64,000 bases of DNA from Octopus bimaculoides (GCF_001194135.2 NC_068991.1:5825984-5889983); one strand, 5' to 3'. Numbered from the stretch's first letter, positions 1 through 14,016 are shown. Notes: generated by a model not told the origin, from the letters alone. Made by a program: numbers and translations.

Positions 1-43
<43 letters not shown>

Positions 44-77
44 CATACACAAATACATAGAAACGCACGCAAACCTA

Positions 78-110
<33 letters not shown>

Positions 111-375
111 TCATACATATACAGTATATACGCGTATTTCTGTATGTATAAATATATTTGTATTTTCCTTGTCTTTTTCTGTCTTTACTTTTCCCTATCC
201 TGTCTGTCGGTTCGTCCGCCTGTCAGTCTTCCTCTTTATCTGTCTGTCTGTCTGTCTGTCTATCTCTCTTCTCTCTGCCTTTCTCTCACTGTCTCTCTCT
301 CTCGCTCTCACTCTTTCTCTTTCTCTATATCTCCACCTATATCCATATATATATCTATGTATGTATCTATATGTA

Positions 376-435
<60 letters not shown>

Positions 436-664
436 AATATGAGAGAGACAATGTGTACGAGACAGAGATGAAAGGGAGAAAGAAAAGGCGTAAAAACAGA
501 GGCAGATGTTTATAAAATCTTTTCTTTAAAATAAATATATAAGCACATCTTATTGGCGTGTTGTATATTCTTTTTACACTTATATTCTTTCCTCATTCAC
601 ACAAACATGTCTATCTATCCATCTTTCCCTCAATATCTATCTTTCTATCAACATAGTTTGCCAG

Positions 665-709
<45 letters not shown>

Positions 710-742
710 GTATATACATATAACTATATGTGTGCATATATA

Positions 743-1136
743 TTCTTTTACTCTTTTATTCTTTTACTTGTTTCAGTCATTTGACTGCGGCCATGCTCGA
801 GCACCGCCTTTAGTCGAGTAAATCGACCCCAGGACCTATTGTTTGTAAGCCTAGTTCTTAGTCTATCGGGGACGTAAACACACCAGCATCGGTTGTCAAG
901 CGATGTTGGGGGGACAAACACAGACACACAAACATATACATATATACACACAAACATATACATATATATGTACGACGGGCTTCATTCAGTTTCCGCCTAC
1001 CAAATCCACTCACAAGGCTTTGGTCGGCCCGAAGCTTTAGTAGAAGACACTTGCCGAAGGTACCACGCAGTGGGACTGAACCTGGAACCATGTGGTTGGT
1101 AAGCAAGCTACTTACCACACAGCCACTCCTGCGCCT
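743..1136 (-). mobile_element. tRNA-derived SINE family A, near full length
   Basis: Head GGCGCAGGAGTGGCTGTGTGGTAAG...GGTTCAGTCCC with A/B-box-like motifs, CORE-like GGCAAGTGTCTT block, internal TA/TG microsatellite and AAAAGA tail. Further copies at about 4499-4660, 7185-7373, 12490-12700, 19150-19330, 23800-24000, 26840-27125, 28560-28710, 34790-34932, 35140-35480, 37970-38260, 41945-42240, 42270-42438, 52310-52790, 56330-56480 and 63595-63690. Confidence 0.9.
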
Positions 1137-1806
1137 AGAATAAAATTTGGTATATTTTTAATATATATATTTTTACCAAATTTAACCAGTCTTCTGTTTT
1201 GGAATATAATTATTCAACAAACCGAATACATCAAAAAATTTCAATCGCTACGTATATCACTTTTAAAATAAAGCATCTGTATACATGTTTTAGATTAAAG
1301 TGAACATGTATACACATGTTTTATTTTATGCATACATTCATCCATTTTATTCAAGTCCTAAGTAATAGCGCGATTAAAAGCCTTCTCGGTGTGGATAGTT
1401 AAAGAGGATGCTCAGATGCAAATGAAATACTAACGCAGAATTGATAGTAGTCCGATGCATGGTTGAGAGCGGATTTTTATTTTTGTTTCTATGAAAATAT
1501 AATACATTAACATTTAGACAAAGTGACCATGCCTGTATGTACATCAGTGTTGGCTAAAAATATACGCTATATATTTCTGTATAATATTGGTTTCAAATTT
1601 TGGCACAAGGCTAGCAATTTCGGTGAAGGGATAAGTCGATTATATTGACCCCAGTGTTCAACTGGTGCTTATTTTGTCGACTCCTAAAGAATGAAATGCA
1701 AAGTCAACCTCGGTTAAATTTGAACTCAGAACATAAAGCCGGAATAAATGCTGCAAAGCATTTTATCCGGTGCGCTAACGATTGTACCATCTCGCCAACA
1801 TGTCTG

Positions 1807-2030
1807 ACCCTTTAGTATTCAAATTATTCTGTCAAATGTAATGCTTATTTATCCACATTATTTTTGAATTAATCCTGCATTATTTCGTAGCTTTGAGATT
1901 TCAACGATGTGGTTGTTTATTTTTAGAACAACATTGCAGGATAGGTGTAAGAGGCCAGATCTGGCTGGTTTCAATATAAAAAAGGTTTGAATATTTGGGC
2001 CAAATGCGGTCGATTTAAATGTTGAAGGAC
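1807..2030. mobile_element. Degenerate piggyBac-type MITE (second family)
   Basis: CCCTTTAG start; about 110 bp shared with 55180-55295, which ends AAAGGGTTA. Confidence 0.6.
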
Positions 2031-2725
2031 AAAGTAATTATACTTGATGTTAATAGAGGGAACACGTTTGTTCATAAATCTGCAGATGCTGGATTTACAA
2101 GGAGCTAAATAACTTAAACAACAAAAGACAATAAAAACAATGCAGCACAACTCGGCACCATTCAACAAGAGAGCTATGCCTGAGCGCTTGATCTACTAGA
2201 AATAGCAGCCAAATCTCACTGATATCACGTCCTATCGCCTCAAATGCAAATGGATATCTAGAATGATGTCGTCCTAAAAAATCTTGGAGAGGCTATGAAA
2301 GGTTTTTTTTATTTACAGATCTGCAACGATCAGAGCTCGCCTGAGACTAAATAACGCCAGCAACGGCAACAACAACAACAACAACACGATATAATTCTAT
2401 GATTAACCAATAGACAATACACATACCAAGCGCCGCAGCCATACACCAGCACAACATTACATTACTCTACATTACACGTCACTAATTTCTATAGAAGCGA
2501 CACTAAACTTCAATAATTCTACATGCTGCCACACTTCCCTATATTTCATTACCTCTTGTCACACAAAACAAGGAAATATTTCATCCATTTCGTTTTTAGA
2601 AAACTGTTTATAACTGCAGCAAGATTAAGAACAACAACACTAGCAAGTAAAACAACAAGCAAAAACAGAGCAGACAACAAAAGAAATTTAGTTGCTCTTA
2701 TCCTTTCATTATTATTATTAGTAGT

Positions 2726-2796
<71 letters not shown>

Positions 2797-3440
2797 GTTT
2801 TTCTTTTCGTCTGCCATTTGAATTGCCGCCTTCTTTCATTCGTCTGCTCATTGAATTGCAGTCTTCTTTAATTCGTCGTCTGTTGTATCAATGGCCGCGC
2901 TTCTTCAATTCAAGTCCCGTTCGTTGTCCTACACTCCAGCTCCGTTAGCTGGCTTTTCTTTCCGGGATATAATAAATAAAGCCAAATCTCCTGGTCGAAA
3001 TTGAATTAGCGAAATCTGAATCGATTATTATTAACTTCGGTCGAAACAAGATCTCGATAAACGTTGGCTTGGCTTTCATTTCTTCTTTACTACTCTCATT
3101 CTTTTGTGCCTCCATTTATCATCGTCGTCGTAACTGTGATCACTATGTTGTTGTTGCTGTTGTTGTTGTTGTTTGTAGTGGTAGTGGTAGTGGTGGTGGT
3201 GGTGGTGGTGGTGGTGGTGGTGGTGNNNNNNNNNNNNNNNNNNNNNNNNNNNNNNNNNNNNNNNATCATCATCATCATCACCACTACCATCATAACCTCC
3301 TTAGTCATCATCACCACTACCACCATCGCCACCACCACCACCATCACCATCATCATCATCATCATCATCACGCCTCGTTATCATCATCTTCACTAATACC
3401 ACGTTCATCTTCGCCCCCATTGCTGTTGCAGTTGTTGTTC

Positions 3441-3472
<32 letters not shown>

Positions 3473-6400
3473 ATTTTTGTCATTGTAGTTGTTATTGATG
3501 TTGCTGTGATTGTCGTTGTCGTTGATGTAATCTAATATAATTTTTGTTATATGTTTTCATTGAGAAATAACCAGAATTTAAAAATTTGAAAGAAAAAAAA
3601 TCTAAAAGACCGTTTCCACAAGTTTTTCTTTCATTTCTGTCCGACAATGGGAATCTTTAAAAGTCACTCTTTCTCTCCTTTCTTCTTTCTTTCTTTCTTT
3701 TCCTTCTTTCTGTCTGTCTGTCTTTATCTTACTTTCTTGCAAAACTTTTTCTTTTATTCATTTTCTGTCTTTCTTCCTTTCTTTCTTTCTTTCTTTCATA
3801 ACTTTTTCTTTCATTCCTTTTCTTTCATTCCTTTTCTTTCTTTCTTTCTTAATTCTCGTTCATTACTTCCTTCATTCTTTCTTCCATTCTTCCTTCGTTG
3901 TTTTTTTTTCGTATGTCCTTCATTTCCTCACTTCATTCTTTACTCCTTGCTTTTCTTCTGGTCACTTTCGTTCTTTGTCTTTCTTTCTTTCTTTCTGTCT
4001 TTCTTTCTTTGTCTTTCTTTCTTTCTTTCATAACTTTTTTCTTTCATTCCTTTTCTGTCTCTCTTTCTTTCTGTCTCTCTGTCTTTCTTTGTTTCGTTCT
4101 TTCTTTTTTCTTTCTTTCTCTTTATTTTTCTCTTTGTTTCTTTTTATCTTTCTTTCTTTCTTCTCTCTCTCTTCAATTCCTTCACAACTTTCCACTACTA
4201 ATCACTATTCCTCCCACCACAACTCATTACCTTCTTCAAGCACCTCTCACAAAACACCCACCATTTCTCGTCTCGGCAAACCTTTCCGTACTTTCCAATC
4301 ATCATCAGCCAATTTCATATTTACAAACGGATAAATAAAAAAAAACTACTTCACTCGTAATACAGGCATAATAATTGATTGGTGATCTTTCGGAAAAGCT
4401 ATCTCTACCTCTTGGAGAAGGAAAACAGACAAGGAATTGAGGGGATTGTTTTCTTCACTGAAAGAATTAAAATTTTGTTGTTTTTTTTGTCCAAAATATA
4501 GGTGTAGGAATGACTGTGTGGTAAGTAGCTTGCTTACCAACTACATGGTTCTGGATTCAGTCCGACTGCATGGCGCCTTGGGCAAGTGTCTTCTATTATA
4601 GCCTCGGGCCGACCAAAACCTTGTGAGTGGATTTGGTAGACGGAAACTGAAAGAAGCCTTCTCATCATTATCATCATCACTACCATCATAACCTCCTTAG
4701 TCATCATCATCATCATCATCATATATTCATCATCCCCATCATCATCATCATCATCATCATATATTCATCATCATCATCGTCATCATCACCATCATAAGTC
4801 GATTATATCGACCCCAGTGCACAACTCATTCTTATTTCAACGATCCCCGAAAGGACGAAAGAAAAAATCGACCTCGACGGAATTTGAACTCAGAATGTAA
4901 AGACGGATGAAATGCCGCTTAGCATTTTGTTCGGAATGTTAACGATTCTCTCAATGTTTTAATGCTTTAATGATCATTTTTGTTTTTGTTTTGTTTTTTG
5001 TTTTTTTGGGTATTTTTCCTCCCCTAAATATTCGCTGCCGAAATTGGGTTGCTTCTAATAAACCCATTTAGTCTTTAATGCCACTAAATACGATAAACCA
5101 TCACTGGAAGCAGCGCAGCACCAGCAGCAGTAGCAGCAGCAAGATAAAATGAATGAGTTTTTCACCATCTTGAATTACTGAACCTTTTATGTGTACGAAG
5201 AAGGCAAATGGAAGCCATTGCAATGTTAGAAAAACTGGGTTTTTTAATAGTGTATCCCAACAATCTACTAGAATTACAGAACAAGCCAAGCACCAAGGTA
5301 GCGTGCATTTTTGATCAGCTTCATTGTGTCGGATATATTTATTCCATACTGTATTTTCTCTGCGTTCTCTCGTTTAAAGAGTGGGTCGATGGAGCTTGTT
5401 TTATAAACTAGTCGTTAGAATAGTAACCGGAAGTGAAGAAGTTTCTTCTCCATTTCCTTCAACTGTTTGTAATAGAAGACATTATCAATTTCCGTTACCG
5501 CTGATAACTAAGTTGGACAAGAAGGAATCTGACAGCTGACATTTAGATGGACATTTAGAATTACAGACGGCGCAGATACCGGACAGCCAGGAGTTACACA
5601 TACATTCAAATATACACATACACACATACACACAAACATATATATATATATATATATATATATAAACACACACACATACACAAGCAAAGATATGCACACA
5701 CATGCACCCAAACACTGACAAACACACATATACACTTTAAACAATTAAATTTGCTCATAAATACAAGCATGAATGCACATATGCACACATGCCCTTATGC
5801 ACGCACATTCACACACTCGTGCGAACGTACAGAGAGGCGCACACAAACACAAACACACATACATGTAAGTATACAACCACACAAAGATATGCAGAAACAC
5901 GTACATGCACACACAGGCATTAACCAATTAATCCCACACATAAATATAAACATGAATGCATACACACACGCATGCGCGCGCGCGCACATACACACACATA
6001 TACACAGACATGTGCACACGTACAGATATACGCACACACGAACATACGCACGTACACACACATACACAGACATACGGACACACACACACGAACACACACA
6101 TACACAGACATACGCACACAGAAACACACACACACACACACACACACACGAACATACAAAAACATGTCAGCAAACACACATGCACAGACATGCAAAAACA
6201 CGAACAAGGACGCACACATTATGTATTAAGTGTACGTGTAAATACGAACACAAATGCACATATGTACACATATTCACATACGCTGACAGACGCGCACACT
6301 TATACACACACATACACACACACATATATACACACATATACACAGGTTGACAGTGCTAAGTGTAAATCCAAATATAGAAGAGTTATGATGAGAAATAAAT

Positions 6401-6699
6401 TTCAATGTTAGACAGTAATTTAGAGAAGCGGTAAGATTGTATAAGAAATGAGGAGGAAGGGGAGAGGGGGAGAGAGAGAGTGGAAGTGAGAGAGAGAGTA
6501 TGTATGTATGGATGGATGGATGGATGGATGGATGGATGGATGGGTCCAGATAGACGATACAGAGAAAACAAGGACGGGTCATTCGGAGTTTTCTTTCCTC
6601 AGTCGAGTTCCAGATTATCTTTGCAATTTTGGCTGGTTACAGTCGAGATTGCTCCAATCTGGCCAGCCCCAAAGAAAAACTAAGCTAAAAGCATTAGAC

Positions 6700-7100
6700 T
6701 CTTTGGAAGAAAGCAGCGAATATATACGAAAACAAGGGCGGAAAAATCGGAGAAGGTTACACAAATACAAATAACAGGACATAACAACAGGTGTCTTTCG
6801 ACTAAGGACGAGTTAAATTAAGCTGGCGTGTGTGGAAGTAAAGCCTTACGGCAGGGATACATGATTTCACAGGCCCAGGGAGAAGTATAGATGTTGCACG
6901 AACGGCGGAACGTTTCGGAACACTATGAACCACTCGAGCAAAGAATTGTTGTTCTCTGAGATGTGTCCAGTCGATGGCGGTTTGTCTGATACTTCTTGGA
7001 GGAATTTTTCCAGGTACCGTTTTAATGTTGCGGTGTCTTTTTTTGTGCCTTAGTTTCTTTCAGGTTAGTGGCTTCGAAGTTACATTCACCGCTCTTTTTG
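6700..7100 (-). mobile_element. CR1-like LINE 3' end remnant
   Basis: Minus translation TATLKRYLEKFLQEVSDKPPSTGHISENNNSLLEW resembles the FK..LDKFL..IPD.P....NSLL C-terminal motif of CR1-group ORF2. Confidence 0.5.
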
Positions 7101-7840
7101 AAAAATCAAAATAGATATACTCTACAAAATGTATTGAGTACTACAAAACTGTTAGTATTACAACTCAACATAAAATCATCTTAAAAAACTTGCTTCCTAA
7201 CCACATGGTTCCGGGTTCAGTCCCACTGCGTGGCACGTTGGGCAAGTGTCTTCTACTATAGCCTCGGGTCGATCAAAGCCTTGTGAGTGTATTTGGTAGA
7301 CAGAAACTGAAAGAAGCCCGTCGTGTATATTTGTATGTATGTGTTTGTTGTTTCTGTCTGTATCTGTCACCCCNNNNNNNNNNNNNNNNNNNNNNNNNNN
7401 NNNNNNNNNNNNNNNNNNNNNNNNNNNNNNNNNNNNNNNNNNNNNNNNNNNNNNNNNNNNNNNNNNNNNNNNNNNNNNNNNNNNNNNNNNNNNNNNNNNN
7501 NNNNNNNNNNNNNNNNNNNNNNNNNNNNNNNNNNNNNNNNNNNNNNNNNNNNNNNNNNNNNNNNNNNNNNNNNNNNNNNNNNNNNNNNNNNNNNNNNNNN
7601 NNNNNNNNNNNNNNNNNNNNNNNNNNNNNNNNNNNNNNNNNNNNNNNNNNNNNNNNNNNNNNNNNNNNNNNNNNNNNNNNNNNNNNNNNNNNNNNNNNNN
7701 NNNNNNNNNNNNNNNNNNNNNNNNNNNNNNNNNNNNNNNNNNNNNNNNNNNNNNNNNNNNNNNNNNNNNNNNNNNNNNNNTATATATATATATATATGCA
7801 TACATGTATATAAGTGTGTATGTGTATGTAAATATATGTA

Positions 7841-7899
<59 letters not shown>

Positions 7900-8294
7900 G
7901 TGTGTACCACAACATTGAGTTTATGAGCTCCAAATTGTATGAGCTTATTTCATCGTAATTTCTTATATATATACACATACATATATATATATACAGAGAG
8001 AGAGAGAAGGGGTGCGAGAAAGAGAAAGAGAGAAGTCAGTGTGTGATGATAATCATATTACAATTAAGAGATGTGACAGTGCAATTGTCAATGGCTGTTC
8101 TGACCGGAAGTTTAACACACGAGCTAGATCGGAAGTGGAGCATGTGTGAAACAAACGATGTAGTTTGAGCGAGCTGTTGGAGAGATTTCTGTCGGAAGAA
8201 ACGCTATTTGGAAGCGGAACCAGCGTCCAAGGTATGATTATAGATTGCGTCTTGAAACATCCGGTTAGAATGACAGCAACTGTATCATTGAAGA

Positions 8295-8610
8295 TAAAGA
8301 GAAGAAGAAGAAGAAGAAGAAGAAGAAGAAGAAGAAGAAGAAGAAGAAGAAGAAGAAGAAGAAGATGATGATGATAATGATGATAATGATGATGATGGTG
8401 ACTACGACGACGACGACGACGGCGATGATAATGATGATGATGGGGGAAGAAGAGGAGGAAGATGTTGATAATGATGATATCACTGATGATGGTGTTAGTG
8501 ATGGTATATGGCGATGAGGATGAAGAAGATGGCGATGAAAGCGAAGCAAAAATCAAGATGAAAGACTTACGAAGTAGTAGTAGTAGTGGTGGTGGTGGTG
8601 GTGGTGGTAT

Positions 8611-8641
<31 letters not shown>

Positions 8642-8700
8642 AAGAAGAAGAAGAAGAAGAAGAAGAAGAAGAAGAAGAAGAAGAAGAAGAAGAAGAAAGC
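8295..8700. repeat. Compound (GAA)n/(GAT)n/(GGT)n trinucleotide block
   Basis: Seen directly. Other large simple-repeat tracts at 1-430, 2715-2795, 3140-3480, 3660-4150, 5620-6345, 9235-9430 and 57975-58400. Confidence 0.95.
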
Positions 8701-8778
8701 GAAGAGAAAGGGAACAATGGCAGATATTTTGATGGTGTCTGAATTTTCAGTGACCATCCCCATCCCCACACCGTTTCC

Positions 8779-8819
<41 letters not shown>

Positions 8820-9433
8820 ACAAACACGCTCCCAACACACACGCACATATACACACATAAACGTAACCACAGGAAGACAGACACCCATAGAAACACAAAG
8901 CTATGCACGCATTCATAACCTCCTCCACCCAACCCATACAGACATTTCGCTGATAAGGTCCAATAAATTCGAAACTAGCCTGGATTTGTCATGATAACGC
9001 CAACATCAGATCTACTGCCACTACACTGAACAGATTATTAGTTTCCATGAATTTTAATTAATTAAAATTCTTTGGTTGTCTTTTCTGCTTTCTTCGTTAG
9101 TCTTAATAATGATTCTTCCTCCTCACATCACGAGAGTTAAATTGTTTAAAATATTTTGGCTCACAACATTATAACTGATGTTACTGTTTGGTTTTCATGC
9201 AGAGCATGTCCCTGAGTATTTTTTGTAAGGTTTTATATATACGTATGTATGCGTGCACGTATGTATGTATGCATGGATGTTTGTGAGCATGTATGCATGT
9301 ATGGATATATGTATGTATGTACGTATCTATGCATGTATGTATGAAGGTATGTATGTATGCATGTACGTACGTATGTATATATGCATACACGTATGTATGT
9401 ATGTATGTTTGTACGTATCTATGCATTATGTAT

Positions 9434-10215
9434 CGGAAAAGTCAGCAAATTGAGTCAATGGGTTCCTCACAAACTTTCCGAGTCTAATCGCGCACAGAGA
9501 GTGAATGTGTTCTCTTCTTTGTTGTCACGTCTCATGAGTGAACCTATTTTGGACCGAATAGTGACTGGTGACAAGAAATGGGTTCTCTATAAAAATGTCA
9601 AGCGCCGAAGACAGTGGGTATGAAAAGGAGAAACACCGGCACCCCAGGATAAAGGTCTTCGCCCACGTAAGGTGTTGTTATCTGTTTGGTGGGATATGAA
9701 AGATTTAGTCCACTTTGAACTTTTAAACCCAAACCAAACGTTAACAAAGGAGATCTACTGCGAGCTGCTTGAGCAGCTTAAGTCAGCGCTAGAAGAAAAA
9801 CGACCATCTTTGGTTTCTAGAAGTGTGTTCTTCTATCAGGATAATGTTCGGCCACATACAGCGAGGATGACATTCGAAAGGCTGGAGCAGTTTGAATGGG
9901 AAACGATGCTCCATCCACCATATTCGCCGGATATTGCCTCATATGATTATCATTTAATCCACAGTCTTCAAAAATCATTTGGACGCAAAATACATGAATT
10001 CTATAGACAAGGCCAGACTAGTACTAGAAGAGTATTTTTCGTCAGAGACAAATGAATTTTGGGAGAGGGTCCTTGCAAGTCTACCAGGTAGATGGAAGAG
10101 TATTGTAGAAAATGAAGGAGAGTATATTTTAGATTTAAAAAAAGAACTTTGTTTATCTTAATTTTGAAAAATAAAAGAAGTATAAAAAAACCGCATTATT
10201 TATGGAATGATCCAA
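9434..10215 (+). mobile_element. Mariner (DD34D) transposon, 3' part with right TIR; pseudogenised
   Basis: WVPHKL, VTGDKKW, QDNVRPH and HPPYSPDIA motifs; stop at about 9621 and a frameshift near 9975; TIR AAAACCGCATTATTTATGGAATGATCCAA followed by TA. Confidence 0.93.
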
Positions 10216-10759
10216 TATATGTATGTATAATGTATGTATATCTGTATGTAACTATCGTATCTATGGTATCTATCAAGTTTTTCCCAGCAGAATATTTCTC
10301 TTTATGCGTATGATGAGAAAATGTTTATGTCAGTCACGCTCAATGAATTCTAATCTCTTATTCTCTCTCATTCTCCATTAAGTCATGGATTTATTTTTGT
10401 CAAAAGGCGGTATAATGGTATTACAAAAAGTGTCTATCCTGGTAAAATGCTAAAACGCCTGGAATTTAAGAAATGAATTGTAGCGGTAGAAGATCTCGGT
10501 GATAATGTCAGCAACTCATCCTCAAAATGCATCAATAATTACTGAAAGAATTAGATTCTTATCTCAACAAACATCAAATGTGGAGAAAAAATAATCAGAA
10601 TCAGGCAGAAGTTTTTTGGGGTTTTCTGTTATTTTTGTTTTTTTCAGTTACCTTCATTTTTTTGTAGATTTACAAAATCAACAAAAATGGTTTAGGAAAT
10701 TAGAAAAAAAAAACGATAAGATTCTGCGAGTGTTTATGACATTGGCATAAAAATCCTAC

Positions 10760-11150
10760 ACTGATCGATGTTAAGCCCAATAATGTTATCGTTAAGATAC
10801 AAGTTGACACAGGCAGTCAGGTAACTATAATTCCGCAGAATTTTTAGATGGATTTGAATAAAGCAAAGTTTAAAAACTGTGAACTCAAACTAAAACAATT
10901 TGATGGATTACTCATTGGAATTTATGGAGGGTTTTATGTATTAATGGAAACTGATAAGAGAATAGATGTTTTGAGTGTTATTGTCACTACATCTAAGAAA
11001 AAATAATGGCTTGTTTGGTAGAGAAGAAGTAAATATTGATAGTTCAACGTTAATTCATAAGATTGAAGTTCCAGGAAAAGTTTTGCAGATCAATAGGGTT
11101 TAAAGCTAAAATTCCTCTCAAAGAAAATACCCAGCAATGATATTTTGGTT
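10760..11150 (+). mobile_element. Gypsy-type LTR retrotransposon aspartic protease remnant
   Basis: VKIQVDTGSQVTIIP (DTGS at 10806-10817), downstream LKLKQFDG and GLFGRE; interrupted by stops. Confidence 0.7.
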
Positions 11151-11484
11151 ACAGGAAATTTGGCCGTAAACATTTTGCTGTAGAAATTTCGTTTTAAATT
11201 ACCTCATCGCGTTTTTTTTTTTAATGTTTGACATTCAATAAAGACTTGTTTGTTATTTTGAAGCAAGATTGTTACTAATTCACATTAAGTCCTCGGTCAT
11301 AACATATCTGAGGAAACTAATTTATGAAATTTAAAAAAAGAAAAAAGGTTCCTCATGGAAGGGTGAGAATGGTTATCTCTTTTAGTTGTTGTACGAAAGG
11401 TGCACGAAGATCTAAGAATATGCGAAGTCCATAAAGTGCCACCTCTCTCTCTCTCTTTCTCTCTCTCTATCTCTCTCTCTCTCT

Positions 11485-11530
<46 letters not shown>

Positions 11531-12192
11531 NNNNNNNNNNNNNNNNNNNNNNNNNNNNNNNNNNNNNNNNNNNNNNNNNNNNNNNNNNNNNNNNNNNNNN
11601 NNNNNNNNNNNNNNNNNNNNNNNNNNNNNNNNNNNNNNNNNNNNNNNNNNNNNNNNNNNNNNNNNNNNNNNNNNNNNNNNNNNNNNNNNNNNNNNNNNNN
11701 NNNNNNNNNNNNNNNNNNNNNNNNNNNNNNNNNNNNNNNNNNNNNNNNNNNNNNNNNNNNNNNNNNNNNNNNNNNNNNNNNNNNNNNNNNNNNNNNNNNN
11801 NNNNNNNNNNNNNNNNNNNNNNNNNNNNNNNNNNNNNNNNNNNNNNNNNNNNNNNNNNNNNNNNNNNNNNNNNNNNNNNNNNNNNNNNNNNNNNNNNNNN
11901 NNNNNNNNNNNNNNNNNNNNNNNNNNNNNNNNGAGATGATAATCTATGAATTGGTGCTAAAGCTGTTGAAAGTCTACATATCAAGGTAAATAAAATGATA
12001 GAAAGGCTGGAATTATCAAGCAAGGTTTTCAATCGAGGTGAAAGCGCGTGGCCTAGTGGTTAGGGGTGTTACACTTACGATCGCAAGATGGAAGTTTCGA
12101 TTTCCGGACCGGATGATGTGTTGCGTTTTTTGTTTTTTTTGTTTTTTTTCTGTTTTGTTTTTTTAGCAAAGACACTTCATTTCACGTTCCTC

Positions 12193-12241
12193 CGTCGTAT
12201 CCTAGCGTCGTATCCTAGCGTCGTATCCTAGCGTCGTATCC
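12193..12241. repeat. 13-bp tandem repeat inside a SINE
   Basis: CGTCGTATCCTAG x3.8. Confidence 0.9.
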
Positions 12242-12863
12242 AGGGAGAATTATGTGATCTCTGTCACTTATATGCCATCGAAACTGGGCAACCGACTCTG
12301 TGGGTCATAAGACTTAGGCAGTAATGTTCAGAGATTAATGATTGATAATAATGATGATCGATCAAGGTAAATTTGATTGATGAATTGTTCTTAGTGTGGG
12401 GTGGGGTATGGATAGACGAAGGAGGTGGGAGTATATCAGCCGATCCGTTTAGAAGTGAGAAATATGAATGCATAACCATTAAATCTTTTATCTTTTGCTT
12501 GTTTCAGTCATTGAACTGCGGCCATGCTGGGGCATCGCCTTGAAGAATTTTTCGTTGAATAGTGGTTATTCTATCGTTCTCTTTTGCCGAAGCGCTAAGT
12601 TACAGGGACGTAAAGACAAGGTACCGAACAGTGAGATTGAACCCGAAACCACGTGGGTGTCGTTACAAAACGAGCTTTTTAACTCCACAGTCATTCCCGG
12701 AAGGTGTTCTCGACTCTATTAATAAGGGTCGTGGCTTGACAACTGATACGGATGCAAACGTTGTTAATGACGTTAGACGCAGTTCTCGAGTAACGAAAGC
12801 AATTAAACCGATTTATTTCCCGGAGATGTGATACCATTGTTATGCTAATATTATTGTAGCGTT

Positions 12864-13233
12864 AAGGCGGCGAGCTGGTAGAAACGTTAGCACGACGGGC
12901 GAAATGCTTAGCTGTATTTCGTGTATCTTTACGTTCTAGGTTCAAATTCCGCCGAGGTCGACTTTGCCGTTCATCCTCTCGGGGTCGATAAATTAAGTAC
13001 CAGTTGCGTACTGGGGTCGATCTAATCGACTGCCCCCCCCCCACTCTCCCAAAATTTCGAGCCTTGTGCCTGGAGTAGAAAAGAATATATTACATTTCTA
13101 GGGCAGCGAGTTGGCAGAAACGTTAGCATGCTAGGCAAAATGCTTAGCTGTATTTCGTCTGTTTTTACGTTCTAGGTTCAAATTCCGCCGAGGTCGACTT
13201 TGCCGTTCATCCTCTCGGGGTCGATAAATTAAG
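12864..13233 (+). mobile_element. tRNA-derived SINE family B, tandem pair
   Basis: AAGGCGGCGAGCTGG.AGAAACGTTAGC head, GTTCAAATTCC B-box-like motif, GGTCGACTTTGCC.TTCATCC.TCGGGGTCGATAAATTAAGTACCAG core. Other copies at about 1585-1795(-), 4795-4950(-), 20950-21125, 32660-32837(-), 35013-35135, 49040-49250, 49400-49620 and 50765-50940(-). Confidence 0.88.
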
Positions 13234-13982
13234 NNNNNNNNNNNNNNNNNNNNNNNNNNNNNNNNNNNNNNNNNNNNNNNNNNNNNNNNNNNNNNNNNNN
13301 NNNNNNNNNNNNNNNNNNNNNNNNNNNNNNNNNNNNNNNNNNNNNNNNNNNNNNNNNNNNNNNNNNNNNNNNNNNNNNNNNNNNNNNNNNNNNNNNNNNN
13401 NNNNNNNNNNNNNNNNNNNNNNNNNNNNNNNNNNNNNNNNNNNNNNNNNNNNNNNNNNNNNNNNNNNNNNNNNNNNNNNNNNNNNNNNNNNNNNNNNNNN
13501 NNNNNNNNNNNNNNNNNNNNNNNNNNNNNNNNNNNNNNNNNNNNNNNNNNNNNNNNNNNNNNNNNNNNNNNNNNNNNNNNNNNNNNNNNNNNNNNNNNNN
13601 NNNNNNNNNNNNNNNNNNNNNNNNNNNNNNNNNNNNNNNNNNNNNNNNNNNNNNNNNNNNNNNNNNNNNNNNNNNNNNNNNNNNNNNNNNNNNNNNNNNN
13701 NNNNNNNNNNNNNNNNNNNNNNNNNNNNNNNNNNNNNNNNNNNNNNNNNNNNNNNNNNNNNNNNNNNNNNNNNNNNNNNNNNNNNNNNNNNNNNNNNNNN
13801 NNNNNNNNNNNNNNNNNNNNNNNNNNNNNNNNNNNNNNNNNNNNNNNNNNNNNNNNNNNNNNNNNNNNNNNNNNNNNNNNNNNNNNNNNNNNNNNNNNNN
13901 NNNNNNNNNNNNNNNNNNNNNNNNNNNNNNNNNNNNNNNNNNNNNNNNNNNNNNNNNNNNNNNNNNNNNNNNNNNNNNNNNN

Positions 13983-14016
<34 letters not shown>

